Below the pieces are notes generated by a model, which searched no databases, had not been told where the DNA came from, and saw only the letters and a list, made by a program, of their open reading frames with translations. A DNA stretch of 45,758 nucleotides from contig JAUWXM010000002.1 of NCBI GenBank assembly GCA_030616365.1, forward strand, positions 1 through 45,758. The letters run 5' to 3'. Positions 10,363 through 19,813 of the stretch are shown in pieces. The translations under genes and the position numbers were made by a program. Each line of letters opens with the position of its first letter. The first letter of the stretch is position 1. Source of the DNA: a bacterium (GTDB lineage: Bacteria; UBP18; UBA7526).

Positions 10363-11108
10363 TGGACGTAAAGACAAGAAAACTAAAGGGATCTGTGGAA
10401 AAGGCTTACACTGAATTTGCTAAAAGGTGTCAAAATTGGCCTAATAAATATGATATTATTCGGCAAACTGGCAAAATGCTCTCTGATTATGATCTTTTGT
10501 CAAGAGTAGATTTAGTGGGTAAAAAAATTCTAAACATTGGTTGTTCAGAACCAGATGACGAGGTGTATTTCGTTAACTTAGTGAAAGAATGGCATACTAT
10601 AGATATCAATGAGGCGATAGTCCGAACAGCAAGAAAATTAGCTGCTGAAGTGTTACCGCAGCATCTATACTCCAAGCTGAAATTCATTGTGGGTGACGCT
10701 ACTAAGCTCGATTTGAAAGATGGGTATTATGATGTGGTGGTTTCTTTTTCCACTATAGATCACATTCCGGGAAAAGAAAATAGGATGAAAGCGATAAACG
10801 AGATGTGTCGGGTGTTGAAGACGGGGGGATATTTAATTGTTACTGTTCCTAATAGATGGGATGTAATTTATTCTTATCGTTCTAATAAGTTACAAAGGGA
10901 AGGTAAGGCCATATTTGGCTATGAATATCAGTTTTCACCTCTGGAGCTAAAAAAGATGCTCACATCTAATGGGCTTAAAATGATTGATTGTGCGTCGACC
11001 GCCTTCAACCCTTATTCTTATTTTGATAGGATATTGAGGAAATTAAAACTTCATAAGATCAAGATTTATTTTGGAACAAGGTTTGGTTTTCTTGCTCAAA
11101 AGATTTGA
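10362..11108 (+). CDS. Class I SAM-dependent methyltransferase
   Basis: Motif I ILNIGCSEPDD, then VVVSFSTIDHI and LKTGGYLIVTVPN. The ATG at 10362 overlaps the flippase stop (TAATG) and is preferred over the GTG at 10338. Confidence 0.8.
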   Translation: MDVKTRKLKGSVEKAYTEFAKRCQNWPNKYDIIRQTGKMLSDYDLLSRVDLVGKKILNIGCSEPDDEVYFVNLVKEWHTIDINEAIVRTARKLAAEVLPQHLYSKLKFIVGDATKLDLKDGYYDVVVSFSTIDHIPGKENRMKAINEMCRVLKTGGYLIVTVPNRWDVIYSYRSNKLQREGKAIFGYEYQFSPLELKKMLTSNGLKMIDCASTAFNPYSYFDRILRKLKLHKIKIYFGTRFGFLAQKI

Positions 11109-11134
11109 GTCATTGTCGAACCGGAGGGAGTAGA

Positions 11135-13183
11135 ATGACATCGTTGAATACCAAATCTAAATATTATCTCCACAAAGTAAAGACTTTACCGACTCAGGTG
11201 TTAGTAAAAAAGGCTTTACGTAAGGTTAGAGGCAAAAGTGTAGATACTATTGACAGAATATTTGCCAATGCGCTTGGCACTGAAATGACAGATACAGAAT
11301 TTTTGAGGAAAGCCTGGGATTCAAAGTATAAATTTCAAAATTTAGAAGAATTGAGGAAACATTTTTATAATAAAAGAAAACCGGAATTTTTTATTGATTC
11401 CTCAAAGCGGGGAGAAATAACTTCCGTTATCTGTGAGCATTTTTCAGACGCTTTAAGTAAGGTCGCTGCCGAAGCTGATAAAGTTTGCGAGCATATTTTT
11501 AATCTACTTGGCTCTGGTGATGTAAATTTAGGAAAAAAAATTGATTGGCATCTTGATTTTAAAACAGGTTATTGCTGGAGTCCTAAGAAATATTATAAGG
11601 ATATAGAAATACCTTATGGAAAAGCAGATATAAAACTTCCCTGGGAACTTTCCAGATTTCAGCATTTGGCTATGCTTGGTGAAGCATATTGGTTGACCAA
11701 TAATAAAAAATATAGTAAGGAATTTGTCAATCAAATTTGTGATTGGATAGATAACAATAAGCCCAAGTTTGGTATTAACTGGCACTGTACAATGGATGTA
11801 GCTATTCGTGTTTGCAATTGGATTTTAGGATATTACTTTTTTAAGGATTCAAAAGGAATAACTGATGAATTTTTATTAAAATTTTTAAAAAGTATCTTAA
11901 TTCACGGAAAGCATATTAGAAAAAATTTGGAATACAGTAGCAAACTAACTTCAAACCACTACCTCTCTGATATAGCTGGCCTGGTCTATCTAGGAACAAT
12001 GTTTCCCGAATTTAAAGAAGCAACGGAGTGGAAGGATTTTGGTATTCAAGAACTTGTTAAGGAGATGAAAAAGCAGGTTTATCCGGATGGAGTAGATTTT
12101 GAGGCTTCAACTTGCTATCACCGATTGGTTTTAGAACTTTTCTTTTTTTCTACATTGGTGGTAGTAATAAATGATGAAGACTTTAAAAGCAATAATTATG
12201 CAGAAATTGCCCAAAAAATCTTTGGGAAAGAATATGTTCAAAGGCTTTATAAAATGTTTGAGTTTGTTCTTCACGCCCTAAAGCCTAATGGCAAAATGCC
12301 ACAGATTGGAGATAATGATAGTGGCAGGCTTTATATATTTGCTAAGCGAGAAGTGTTAGATATGCGGTATTTGCTTACTCTTGGGGCAATATTCTTTAAA
12401 GAACCTAAGTTTAAAGTTGGGGAATTTGGTTTTTGTGAAGAAGTGCTGTGGGTTTTCGGAGAAAAAGGCTATAACATCTGGCAGAATTTAGGAGAGAATT
12501 GTCTTGCAAATATTGGTAGCCGCGCATTTCCCAATGCTGGATGGTATATAATGAGGAATGATAAAAATTATATGATTATCTCCTGCGGACCTAATGGTCA
12601 AAATGGAAATGGTGGTCATTGCCATAACGATAAGTTAGGTTTTGAATTATGTATTGACGGAGAGGTTGTAATTGTGGATCCAGGCACTTATGTTTATACG
12701 CCGAGTCCTGATGCAAGAAATAAATTCAGAAGCACAGCATCTCATAATACAGTGATGATTAATGATAAAGAACAGAATAGATTCAATAGGAAAAACTTGT
12801 TTCAAATGAAAGACGAAGCAGGTGCAAAATGTTTAAAATGGAAAACAGGAGATAAAGTAGATATTTTTATTGGAGAACATTATGGATATAAGCAACTTTT
12901 TCAGATTGTTATCCACCGAAGAGAAATAAAATTTTATAAAAAAGAAGGCACATTGGAAATAACCGATAGATTGGAGGGAACAGGAAAGCATAATTTAGAA
13001 TGGAATCTTATTTTATCACCAGAGCTTAAACAGAAATTAGAAATTAACTCAGATAAACTCCAATGGCACAAAGTGCCTGCTTTTTATTCTCCTGAATATG
13101 GACTAATTATTAAAACCGAGAAGTTTATCTCAGCGTTAAAAGCGTTGATTCCTGCTGAAGTAAAATTTTCAATAGAGAGTTAA
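11135..13183 (+). CDS. Heparinase II/III-like (alginate-lyase superfamily) protein
   Basis: WHLDFKTGY...LPWELSRFQHL, NWHCTMDVAIR, LTSNHYLSD and ASTCYH in the N-terminal toroid-like part. GHCHNDKLGFEL and FRSTASHNTV in the C-terminal part. The ATG at 11135 is preceded by GGAGGGAG and is preferred over the TTG at 11105. Confidence 0.65.
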   Translation: MTSLNTKSKYYLHKVKTLPTQVLVKKALRKVRGKSVDTIDRIFANALGTEMTDTEFLRKAWDSKYKFQNLEELRKHFYNKRKPEFFIDSSKRGEITSVICEHFSDALSKVAAEADKVCEHIFNLLGSGDVNLGKKIDWHLDFKTGYCWSPKKYYKDIEIPYGKADIKLPWELSRFQHLAMLGEAYWLTNNKKYSKEFVNQICDWIDNNKPKFGINWHCTMDVAIRVCNWILGYYFFKDSKGITDEFLLKFLKSILIHGKHIRKNLEYSSKLTSNHYLSDIAGLVYLGTMFPEFKEATEWKDFGIQELVKEMKKQVYPDGVDFEASTCYHRLVLELFFFSTLVVVINDEDFKSNNYAEIAQKIFGKEYVQRLYKMFEFVLHALKPNGKMPQIGDNDSGRLYIFAKREVLDMRYLLTLGAIFFKEPKFKVGEFGFCEEVLWVFGEKGYNIWQNLGENCLANIGSRAFPNAGWYIMRNDKNYMIISCGPNGQNGNGGHCHNDKLGFELCIDGEVVIVDPGTYVYTPSPDARNKFRSTASHNTVMINDKEQNRFNRKNLFQMKDEAGAKCLKWKTGDKVDIFIGEHYGYKQLFQIVIHRREIKFYKKEGTLEITDRLEGTGKHNLEWNLILSPELKQKLEINSDKLQWHKVPAFYSPEYGLIIKTEKFISALKALIPAEVKFSIES

Positions 13184-13201
13184 AATTTTAGGTAGAAATT
13201 A

Positions 13202-14524
13202 ATGGTAACTATCAGAGCTGATTCAATAAAAAGAATCTTAATGATAACGGACACCTTTCCTCCCCACGTAGGAGGAGGTGGTACTATACGAATGGTAAAG
13301 TTTGCCAAATATTTTTCTCTTAAAAAATGGAAGGTTACGATTTTGACTACAACTGCTAAGAGAACAGCAGCCGGCGAAGATAAAGAACTGTTAAAAGAAA
13401 TTTCTTCTAATTATATCCAAATTCATAGAGTGGGAACAACGATTTTGAATTTTGGCGAAAGATTGAAGAATATTTTAGGGAAAAGAGGGGGAAAGCTAGA
13501 TATAAATAAGACTAAAAAAAGGAGAAATCTAATTGCTGCTTTATTGGCAATCCCAGATAGCTTAAATATCTGTATTTTAACAATGGTATGGGCTGGATTA
13601 AGATTGATTAGAAAAGAGAAAATCAATTTTATTATTGCCTCTTCTCCCAGTTTTTCGATTTTAGTAGTAGGTTATTTTTTAAAAATGATAAGTGGGAAAC
13701 ATTTCATTGTAGATATTCGTGACGATTGGGCGGGGAGCCCGGCACATTCTTATGATTTTAATTTCCGCAAGATAATAGATCTTTTTTTAGAGAGAAAAGT
13801 TATGAGATTAGCGGATATGATTATTGCCACTTCGACAGGGATAAAGAAGAGTTTGTTAGAAAAACATCCAATGATTCCTGGTGAAAAAATTAGAATAGTT
13901 TTTAATGGATTTGACCCGCAGGATTTTGAGATAAAAAGTTCAATAAATAAGAATTCAGAAAAATTCATAATATCTTATCTCGGGGTACTTAATTATGTGA
14001 AGACCCCTCAATATATTTTTGAGGGATTAAAGGAAGCTATTCAAAGAGAACCAGAGATTGGAAATTATATAAAGCTGCGTCTGGTTGGAAAGCGTCATTC
14101 CTGGGTAAAGAAATTAGTAAAGGAAGAAAATTTAGAGGATTTCGTTGAATTTACTGGATTTGTAAGTCATAAAAAGAGTATTCAATATATGCTTACCTCT
14201 GATATTTTGGTGCTCATCCTTTTTAAAGAAGAAGGTGGGGATACAGCTGTTCCTGGAAAATTATATGAATATTTAGCAGCAAGAAAGCCAATATTAGCAT
14301 GTGTGTGTGAGGGCGAAACAAGAAAATTTGTAATTCAACAAAGAGTAGGTAAAGTAACCTCCCCTAAAGGCATAGATAGTATCGTTAATGCTATTATTGA
14401 GTTTTACCAGGAGTGGAGAAAAGGGGAATTAAAAAAATATAGTATGTCATCTTCCTTATTAGGCCAATACAGTAGAGAAAAAGCAGTAATAGGATTAATT
14501 GATCTCCTGACTAAAATGGAATAA
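13202..14524 (+). CDS. Glycosyltransferase, GT4 (GT-B fold)
   Basis: N-terminal TDTFPPHVGGGG, and a C-terminal E-x7-E-like region (PGKLYEYLAARKPILA). 440 aa. Confidence 0.75.
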   Translation: MVTIRADSIKRILMITDTFPPHVGGGGTIRMVKFAKYFSLKKWKVTILTTTAKRTAAGEDKELLKEISSNYIQIHRVGTTILNFGERLKNILGKRGGKLDINKTKKRRNLIAALLAIPDSLNICILTMVWAGLRLIRKEKINFIIASSPSFSILVVGYFLKMISGKHFIVDIRDDWAGSPAHSYDFNFRKIIDLFLERKVMRLADMIIATSTGIKKSLLEKHPMIPGEKIRIVFNGFDPQDFEIKSSINKNSEKFIISYLGVLNYVKTPQYIFEGLKEAIQREPEIGNYIKLRLVGKRHSWVKKLVKEENLEDFVEFTGFVSHKKSIQYMLTSDILVLILFKEEGGDTAVPGKLYEYLAARKPILACVCEGETRKFVIQQRVGKVTSPKGIDSIVNAIIEFYQEWRKGELKKYSMSSSLLGQYSREKAVIGLIDLLTKME

Positions 14525-14708
14525 AGGTAATTACGAAATAAAAATATTAAATATAAAACAAGAGAGATAAGAAGTATTTACTCCCAAAACCTAGACTGAG
14601 CGGAAAAAGATGGTATAACGAAATTGCAATTTTCACCCCTAAAGCAGATAGAGTAAAATTTCAAAATAGAAGGAGGGTTAAAAAGTACCTTACACTGGAT
14701 TATTTATT

Positions 14709-14737
14709 TTTATGATATCTAGCCAAGATATCATAAA
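14709..14737. promoter_or_regulatory. Perfect 12-bp inverted repeat with a 5-bp spacer
   Basis: tttatgatatct-agcca-agatatcataaa, read directly. It lies in the 326-bp non-coding gap upstream of the GT2 gene. Confidence 0.6.
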
Positions 14738-14850
14738 TGAAAAAGGTTGGCAAAATAGATGTGTAGACAAAAAAGAAAATCAAGCGATAGTGGGATCTTT
14801 GCGGTATTTAGTTAAAGCTTTAGTGGGGGCTTTTTTTAAAGGAAGAAAAG

Positions 14851-15766
14851 ATGGAAATAAGTGTTGTTATACCAACAAAAGACAGACCCCTTGATCTTGA
14901 TCAATGCATCAATTCAATTTTGAGCCAAACATTCCCCCCTGAAGAAATTATTATTATCGATGATGGTGAGCTTTCAGAAAATTTTATAGAAAAAATTAAA
15001 AATAAAATAAAAGAAAAGGAAATTATATGTAAATATATCAGAAAGAAAATACCGGGGCTCTTGATATCTCGCAATCTCGGTGCTTCTAAATCGGAGAATT
15101 CCATTGTCTTATTTCTCGATGATGATGTAATATTGAACAAGGACTATATAGAAATATTAAAAAAATTGGGAAAAACATCAAAACGAGCAAAAAATTGGGG
15201 ATATCGGTGGTATTATTAAAAATTTACGTAAAATAAGTGGCTTAGAAAAATTTTATTATAAGTTATTCTTCTTATCTTCACCGATAAAATGGGATGTTAC
15301 AAACGTAGGCTTCCAGGTCTGGGATCCATCAATCAGAGAAAAAGAAAAAGTTTATTATCTTCCTGGTGGGATTGCATCTTTTAAAAAGAGTTTGATAGAA
15401 AAGCTACCCTTTAAACAGTTAAGCCCTGGGAGAACTCCTTCAGATGATATTGAATTTTTTCTACGAGCAAAAAAGGCCGGTTACTTCTTTTACCTCGATC
15501 CAAGAGCAAAGCTCTTCCATAAAATCTCTCTTATGGCGAGAGAAAATGAGTTTACCAAGGGGAGAAAGGAAGGTTTCGATCAATGTATTATTTTTAGGGA
15601 TAATGTTGAAAAAAATCTGAAAAACTATTTAAAATTTATTTGGTTGAGTATAGGTTGGATTTTGCGTCAATTTTTGTCTGGATATGTAAGAAAAGCCATG
15701 GGTCTAGTGGTTGGTTATATAAAGGTGGAAACTTTGGGTATAAAGGAAATTTCGAGGTTCAGATAA
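14851..15766 (+). pseudogene. GT2 glycosyltransferase interrupted by a frameshift at an A7 run
   Basis: The N-terminal ORF (ISVVIPTKDRP...IIIDDG...LFLDDDV) stops at 15219. The GT2 sequence continues in the +1 frame from 15161 (WEKHQNEQKIGDIGGIIKN...YYLPGGIASFKK...DDIEFFLRAKKAGY...H). The frames join at the A7 run at 15159-15165. Removing one A gives a single ORF of about 305 aa. Confidence 0.75.
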
Positions 15767-15767
15767 A

Positions 15768-17636
15768 ATGTGTGGTATATGTGGGATTTTGAACTTTGAA
15801 AGGAATGAATTAGTTGATGAGAATTTACTATATAAAATGACCAATGTTGTCCACCATCGGGGGCCGGATGATGAAGGATTTTATCTTGAGAGGAATATCG
15901 GCTTAGGAGTAAGGCGTCTGGCGGTTATCGATCTGGAGACCGGACATCAGCCGATACATAATGAGGATGAAACCATCTGGATTGTCTCCAATAGTGAGAT
16001 TTATAATTTCAAAGATTTGAGGAAAGATTTAGAAAAGAAAGGACACAGGTTCTACACTAAGAGTGATACAGAAGTAATTGTTCATCTTTATGAAGATTAT
16101 GGAACAGATTGTGTAGGATACTTGAGGGGAATGTTTGCTTTTGCCATCTGGGATGAAAGAAAAAGAGAATTGTTCCTGGCTCGGGATCGTTTAGGTCAGA
16201 AACCGTTAATTTATACTGTAGTCAATAATTCTTTAATCTTTGCTTCTGAGATAAAGTCCATTCTAATAAATCTAGAAGTTGAGAAAGAAGTCAACTTAGA
16301 AGCACTCCACCATTATCTGACCTACCAATATATTCCCGCTCCTCTAACTATGTTCTCCGGAATCAAAAAGCTTCCTCCAGCGAGTACCTTAATTTGTAAT
16401 GCAGATGGTGAAATAAAGATTGAACGCTACTGGAAGCTTAATTATAAAAATAAATTGGAGCTTTCTGAACCAGAATATTGTAAGAGAATTCTGGAGTTAC
16501 TTAGAGAAACGGTACAGTTAAGACTAATCAGTGATGTTCCTCTGGGAGCATTCTTATCTGGCGGTATTGATTCTTCGGCAATTGTAGGGATAATGAGCCA
16601 GTTGATGAATAAACCGGTGAAGACCTTCTCCATCGGTTTTGAGGAAGAGGACTTCTCTGAAATAAATTATGCCCGAACTGTAGCAGAATATTTTAAGACA
16701 GACCATCATGAGTTTATTGTTAAACCAAAGGCGATAGAAATCTTACCAAAACTTATCTGGCATTATAATGAGCCCTTTGCCGATTCTAGTGCTCTACCTA
16801 CTTATTATCTCGCCCGCGAGACGAGGAAGCATGTTACGGTAGCCCTGAATGGCGATGGTGGGGATGAAAACTTCGCTGGCTATGATAGATATCGAGCGAA
16901 TATGCTCGCTTCCTATTTTGATCGTATTCCCCAACCTTTAAAGAGGGTAGCAGTAGGTGTAGCAGAGAAATTTCCTGTTAGAAAAGCAAAGAAATTCTTC
17001 CAAGCAATAAATGAATCTCCCGAGAGGCGCAACATCCGCTGGCATTGCTTCTTTGACAATGAAAGAAAGGATAAACTTTATAGCGAAGAAATGAAAAAGA
17101 GACTATCTTATTTAGATACCTATGACTATATGATAAATGTATTCCGGGAAGCAAAAGCAGATGACTTTTTAGATAAGATTCTATATACAGACATCAACAC
17201 CTATCTTCCGGAAGATCTATTGGTTAAGATGGATATTGCCACCATGGCTAATTCCCTGGAGACCAGATCTCCCTTTTTGGATCATGAGCTTATAGAGTTT
17301 GTTGCTAGAATACCATCGAACTTGAAACTGAAAGGCCTGACCAGTAAGTATATCTTGAAAAAAGCTCTGAAAGACCTCTTACCTAAAGAAATCTTAAAGA
17401 GAGGAAAAATGGGCTTCGGGATACCAATAGGAAAGTGGTTCAGAAAAGAGTTAAGAGACTACCTGAAAGAGATTTTATTAGATGTCAAGAGTCTAAAGAG
17501 AGGATATTTTAGGAAAGAAACAATAGAGAAATTATTGACAGAGCATACTTCTGGCAGAGTGGACCATGGCTATCGGCTCTGGGCGCTCCTCAACCTGGAA
17601 TTGTGGCACCAGACATTTATAGATAAGAAGATATGA
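15768..17636 (+). CDS. asnB: Asparagine synthase (glutamine-hydrolysing) family amidotransferase
   Basis: N-terminal MCGI nucleophile, RGPDDEG, and the PP-loop SGGIDSS. 622 aa. Its position inside a glycan locus suggests a WbpS-type sugar amidotransferase role (inference). Confidence 0.88.
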   Translation: MCGICGILNFERNELVDENLLYKMTNVVHHRGPDDEGFYLERNIGLGVRRLAVIDLETGHQPIHNEDETIWIVSNSEIYNFKDLRKDLEKKGHRFYTKSDTEVIVHLYEDYGTDCVGYLRGMFAFAIWDERKRELFLARDRLGQKPLIYTVVNNSLIFASEIKSILINLEVEKEVNLEALHHYLTYQYIPAPLTMFSGIKKLPPASTLICNADGEIKIERYWKLNYKNKLELSEPEYCKRILELLRETVQLRLISDVPLGAFLSGGIDSSAIVGIMSQLMNKPVKTFSIGFEEEDFSEINYARTVAEYFKTDHHEFIVKPKAIEILPKLIWHYNEPFADSSALPTYYLARETRKHVTVALNGDGGDENFAGYDRYRANMLASYFDRIPQPLKRVAVGVAEKFPVRKAKKFFQAINESPERRNIRWHCFFDNERKDKLYSEEMKKRLSYLDTYDYMINVFREAKADDFLDKILYTDINTYLPEDLLVKMDIATMANSLETRSPFLDHELIEFVARIPSNLKLKGLTSKYILKKALKDLLPKEILKRGKMGFGIPIGKWFRKELRDYLKEILLDVKSLKRGYFRKETIEKLLTEHTSGRVDHGYRLWALLNLELWHQTFIDKKI

Positions 17637-18730
17637 AAAAAATCAATATCCTATATCTGATAATAGGCTTAGAAATTGGAGGGACAGAGATTCAACTTCT
17701 GGAACTCCTCAAAAAATTGGACAGAAAGAAGTATAACCCTATGGTTTGTTGTATGAAGAAGAGGGGAGTTTTAGCGGATGATATGGAGAAAATGGGCATT
17801 AAGATAGAGTCGTTAAACATCAGAAATAGATTTAATTTCTTAGCCCTTCCCAGGTTAGTAAAAATATTAAGGAGGGAAGGGATTGATATTCTTCATACCT
17901 TTCTCTTCCGGGCCAATATCTTGGGTCGCCTAACGGGCAGAATGGTCAGGGTGCCAATTGTCATCTCTAGTGAGGAATGCATTAAGCTAAAAAAGAAAAA
18001 AATATCTATCTTAATCGATAGGCTAACTTCGAGGTGGGCAGATAGGATTGTCGTCATTTCTGAAGCCATAAAGAATACCCTAACCAAAAGAGAAAAAATT
18101 AATCCGGAAAAGATTGAAGTTATCTATAATGGCATCGATCTAAGTAGCTTCAGGGTAGAAAATAAAAGAGAGAAAGATTCAATACCGAAGGTGGGAATAG
18201 TTGGTCGTCTTCATCCAGATAAAGGCCATCGCTATTTTCTAAAAGCAGCAGCCCAGACAATAAAGAAAGAACCAAAAGTAGAATTTCTCATTGTTGGCCA
18301 TGGACCGTTGAGGGGAGAACTAGAAGATTTGAGCAATGAATTAGCCCTATCTGATAAGGTTGTTTTCGTGGGAGGGCGTCGAGATATTCCTCAGATAATG
18401 TCTTCTCTGGATATTCTGGTTCTCTCTTCCCTAGAAGAAGGTCTGGGCAATGTTCTCTTGGAAGCTATGGCCTGTGGGAGACCAGTGGTGGCTACTAAGG
18501 TGGGAGGGGTGCCAGAAGCAGTCCTCGATGGTGAGACTGGCATTTTGGTTTCCCCCAAGAATCCAGATGCCCTGGCCCAGGCGACCCTTAAGTTATTGAT
18601 GAACCGAGCCCTGGCCAAGGGTATGGGTCAGGCAGGAAGGAGAAGGGTAGAGAAATATTTTAGTATAGATAGAATGGTAAAAGAAACAGAAAAGGTGTAT
18701 AATAATCTCATTCAGGAGAAACTGTTTTGA
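17633..18730 (+). CDS. Glycosyltransferase, GT4
   Basis: IGLEIGGTE at the N-terminus and EEGLGNVLLEAMACGRPVVATKVGGVPE at the C-terminus. The start overlaps the asnB stop (ATGA). Confidence 0.85.
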   Translation: MKKINILYLIIGLEIGGTEIQLLELLKKLDRKKYNPMVCCMKKRGVLADDMEKMGIKIESLNIRNRFNFLALPRLVKILRREGIDILHTFLFRANILGRLTGRMVRVPIVISSEECIKLKKKKISILIDRLTSRWADRIVVISEAIKNTLTKREKINPEKIEVIYNGIDLSSFRVENKREKDSIPKVGIVGRLHPDKGHRYFLKAAAQTIKKEPKVEFLIVGHGPLRGELEDLSNELALSDKVVFVGGRRDIPQIMSSLDILVLSSLEEGLGNVLLEAMACGRPVVATKVGGVPEAVLDGETGILVSPKNPDALAQATLKLLMNRALAKGMGQAGRRRVEKYFSIDRMVKETEKVYNNLIQEKLF

Positions 18731-18741
18731 AAGGATCCTTA

Positions 18742-19812
18742 ATGAATTTCAGTTTAATATTAGCTTTACTATTAATAGGTTGCCAGGCTCAAGAGAAAAT
18801 TCGATTTCCTGAAAACATAAAAATCATTGATTTTCAAAACGGTGAGATAATAAAAGGTAACCATCATTTTGTTTATGAGGACTATAAACAACCGCAGCTT
18901 AGAATACTAAGAGAACAGGAAAAGTTAGACCAAGCAGTTAAAAAAGCAAAAACGGAATTTGAGAAGTTTATCCTTCTTCGCAATTGGGTAAAATCCCAAT
19001 GGGTACATAGTATTCCCCAACCCTATCCTCCTTGGAATGCTTTAATTATTCTTGATTGGATAAGGAAGGGTAAGACTGGAGGGTTTTGCGCCCAATATGC
19101 TGTAGTCTATGTTCAGGCCTGCCTATCCCTAGGATTACAGGCACGTTATATTGATATTAACTGTAAAGGAGGAACGGGACATTTCTTAACTGAAATATGG
19201 TCTAACGACTATAATAAATGGGTAGTTATGGATCCCGATTTTAATATCCATTACGAAAGAAATGGTACTCCCTTAAACGCCTTAGAATTACATAATGCCT
19301 GGGTAAATAATAACTGGCAAGATATAGAAATAATCCAAGGTTACCCACCATCCAAGATTCATCGTATCGATGATTATAAATATAACCTCATTGATTACTA
19401 CTATGATATCAGTATTGACTTAAGAAATAATCATCTTTCCCAACCAAATAATTTTTGGGATAGAAAGCATGGCTATCTAAGCTGGAGAGATGAATATACT
19501 CAAGGTCGTTCAACAAGCTACACCAAATTTTCTAATCGAAAACAAGATTTTTATTGGCCATTAAATCAAACCGTGATCAAGTTAACTAAAACAAGCGAGC
19601 CAGATTTATCGAAAGTAGATCTTGAAACAGTTACTCCTAACTTTGAAACTTTTTTAACTAAAATTAATCATTCTCAATGGTCCAAAACGAATCCACCCTT
19701 CTTTTGGAAGTTAAAGAAAGGTTCTAATATTCTGGAGGCGAAAAGTAAGAATAAATTTGGAATATCAGGGCCAACAAGTTACATTATTATTGATTACATA
19801 GGAAGTGATTAA
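18742..19812 (+). CDS. Transglutaminase-like (Cys-His-Asp papain-fold) lipoprotein
   Basis: The ATG at 18742 follows AGGA. Signal peptide plus lipobox MNFSLILALLLIGC. The candidate catalytic triad is GGFCAQYA ... GHFLTEIW ... VMDPD. Confidence 0.6.
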   Translation: MNFSLILALLLIGCQAQEKIRFPENIKIIDFQNGEIIKGNHHFVYEDYKQPQLRILREQEKLDQAVKKAKTEFEKFILLRNWVKSQWVHSIPQPYPPWNALIILDWIRKGKTGGFCAQYAVVYVQACLSLGLQARYIDINCKGGTGHFLTEIWSNDYNKWVVMDPDFNIHYERNGTPLNALELHNAWVNNNWQDIEIIQGYPPSKIHRIDDYKYNLIDYYYDISIDLRNNHLSQPNNFWDRKHGYLSWRDEYTQGRSTSYTKFSNRKQDFYWPLNQTVIKLTKTSEPDLSKVDLETVTPNFETFLTKINHSQWSKTNPPFFWKLKKGSNILEAKSKNKFGISGPTSYIIIDYIGSD

Positions 19813-19813
19813 A

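Noticed and set aside
14712-14894. A 60-aa ORF upstream of and overlapping the GT2 start
   Set aside because: It starts inside the 12-bp palindrome, overlaps the GT2 start codon region, and has no RBS or recognisable domain.
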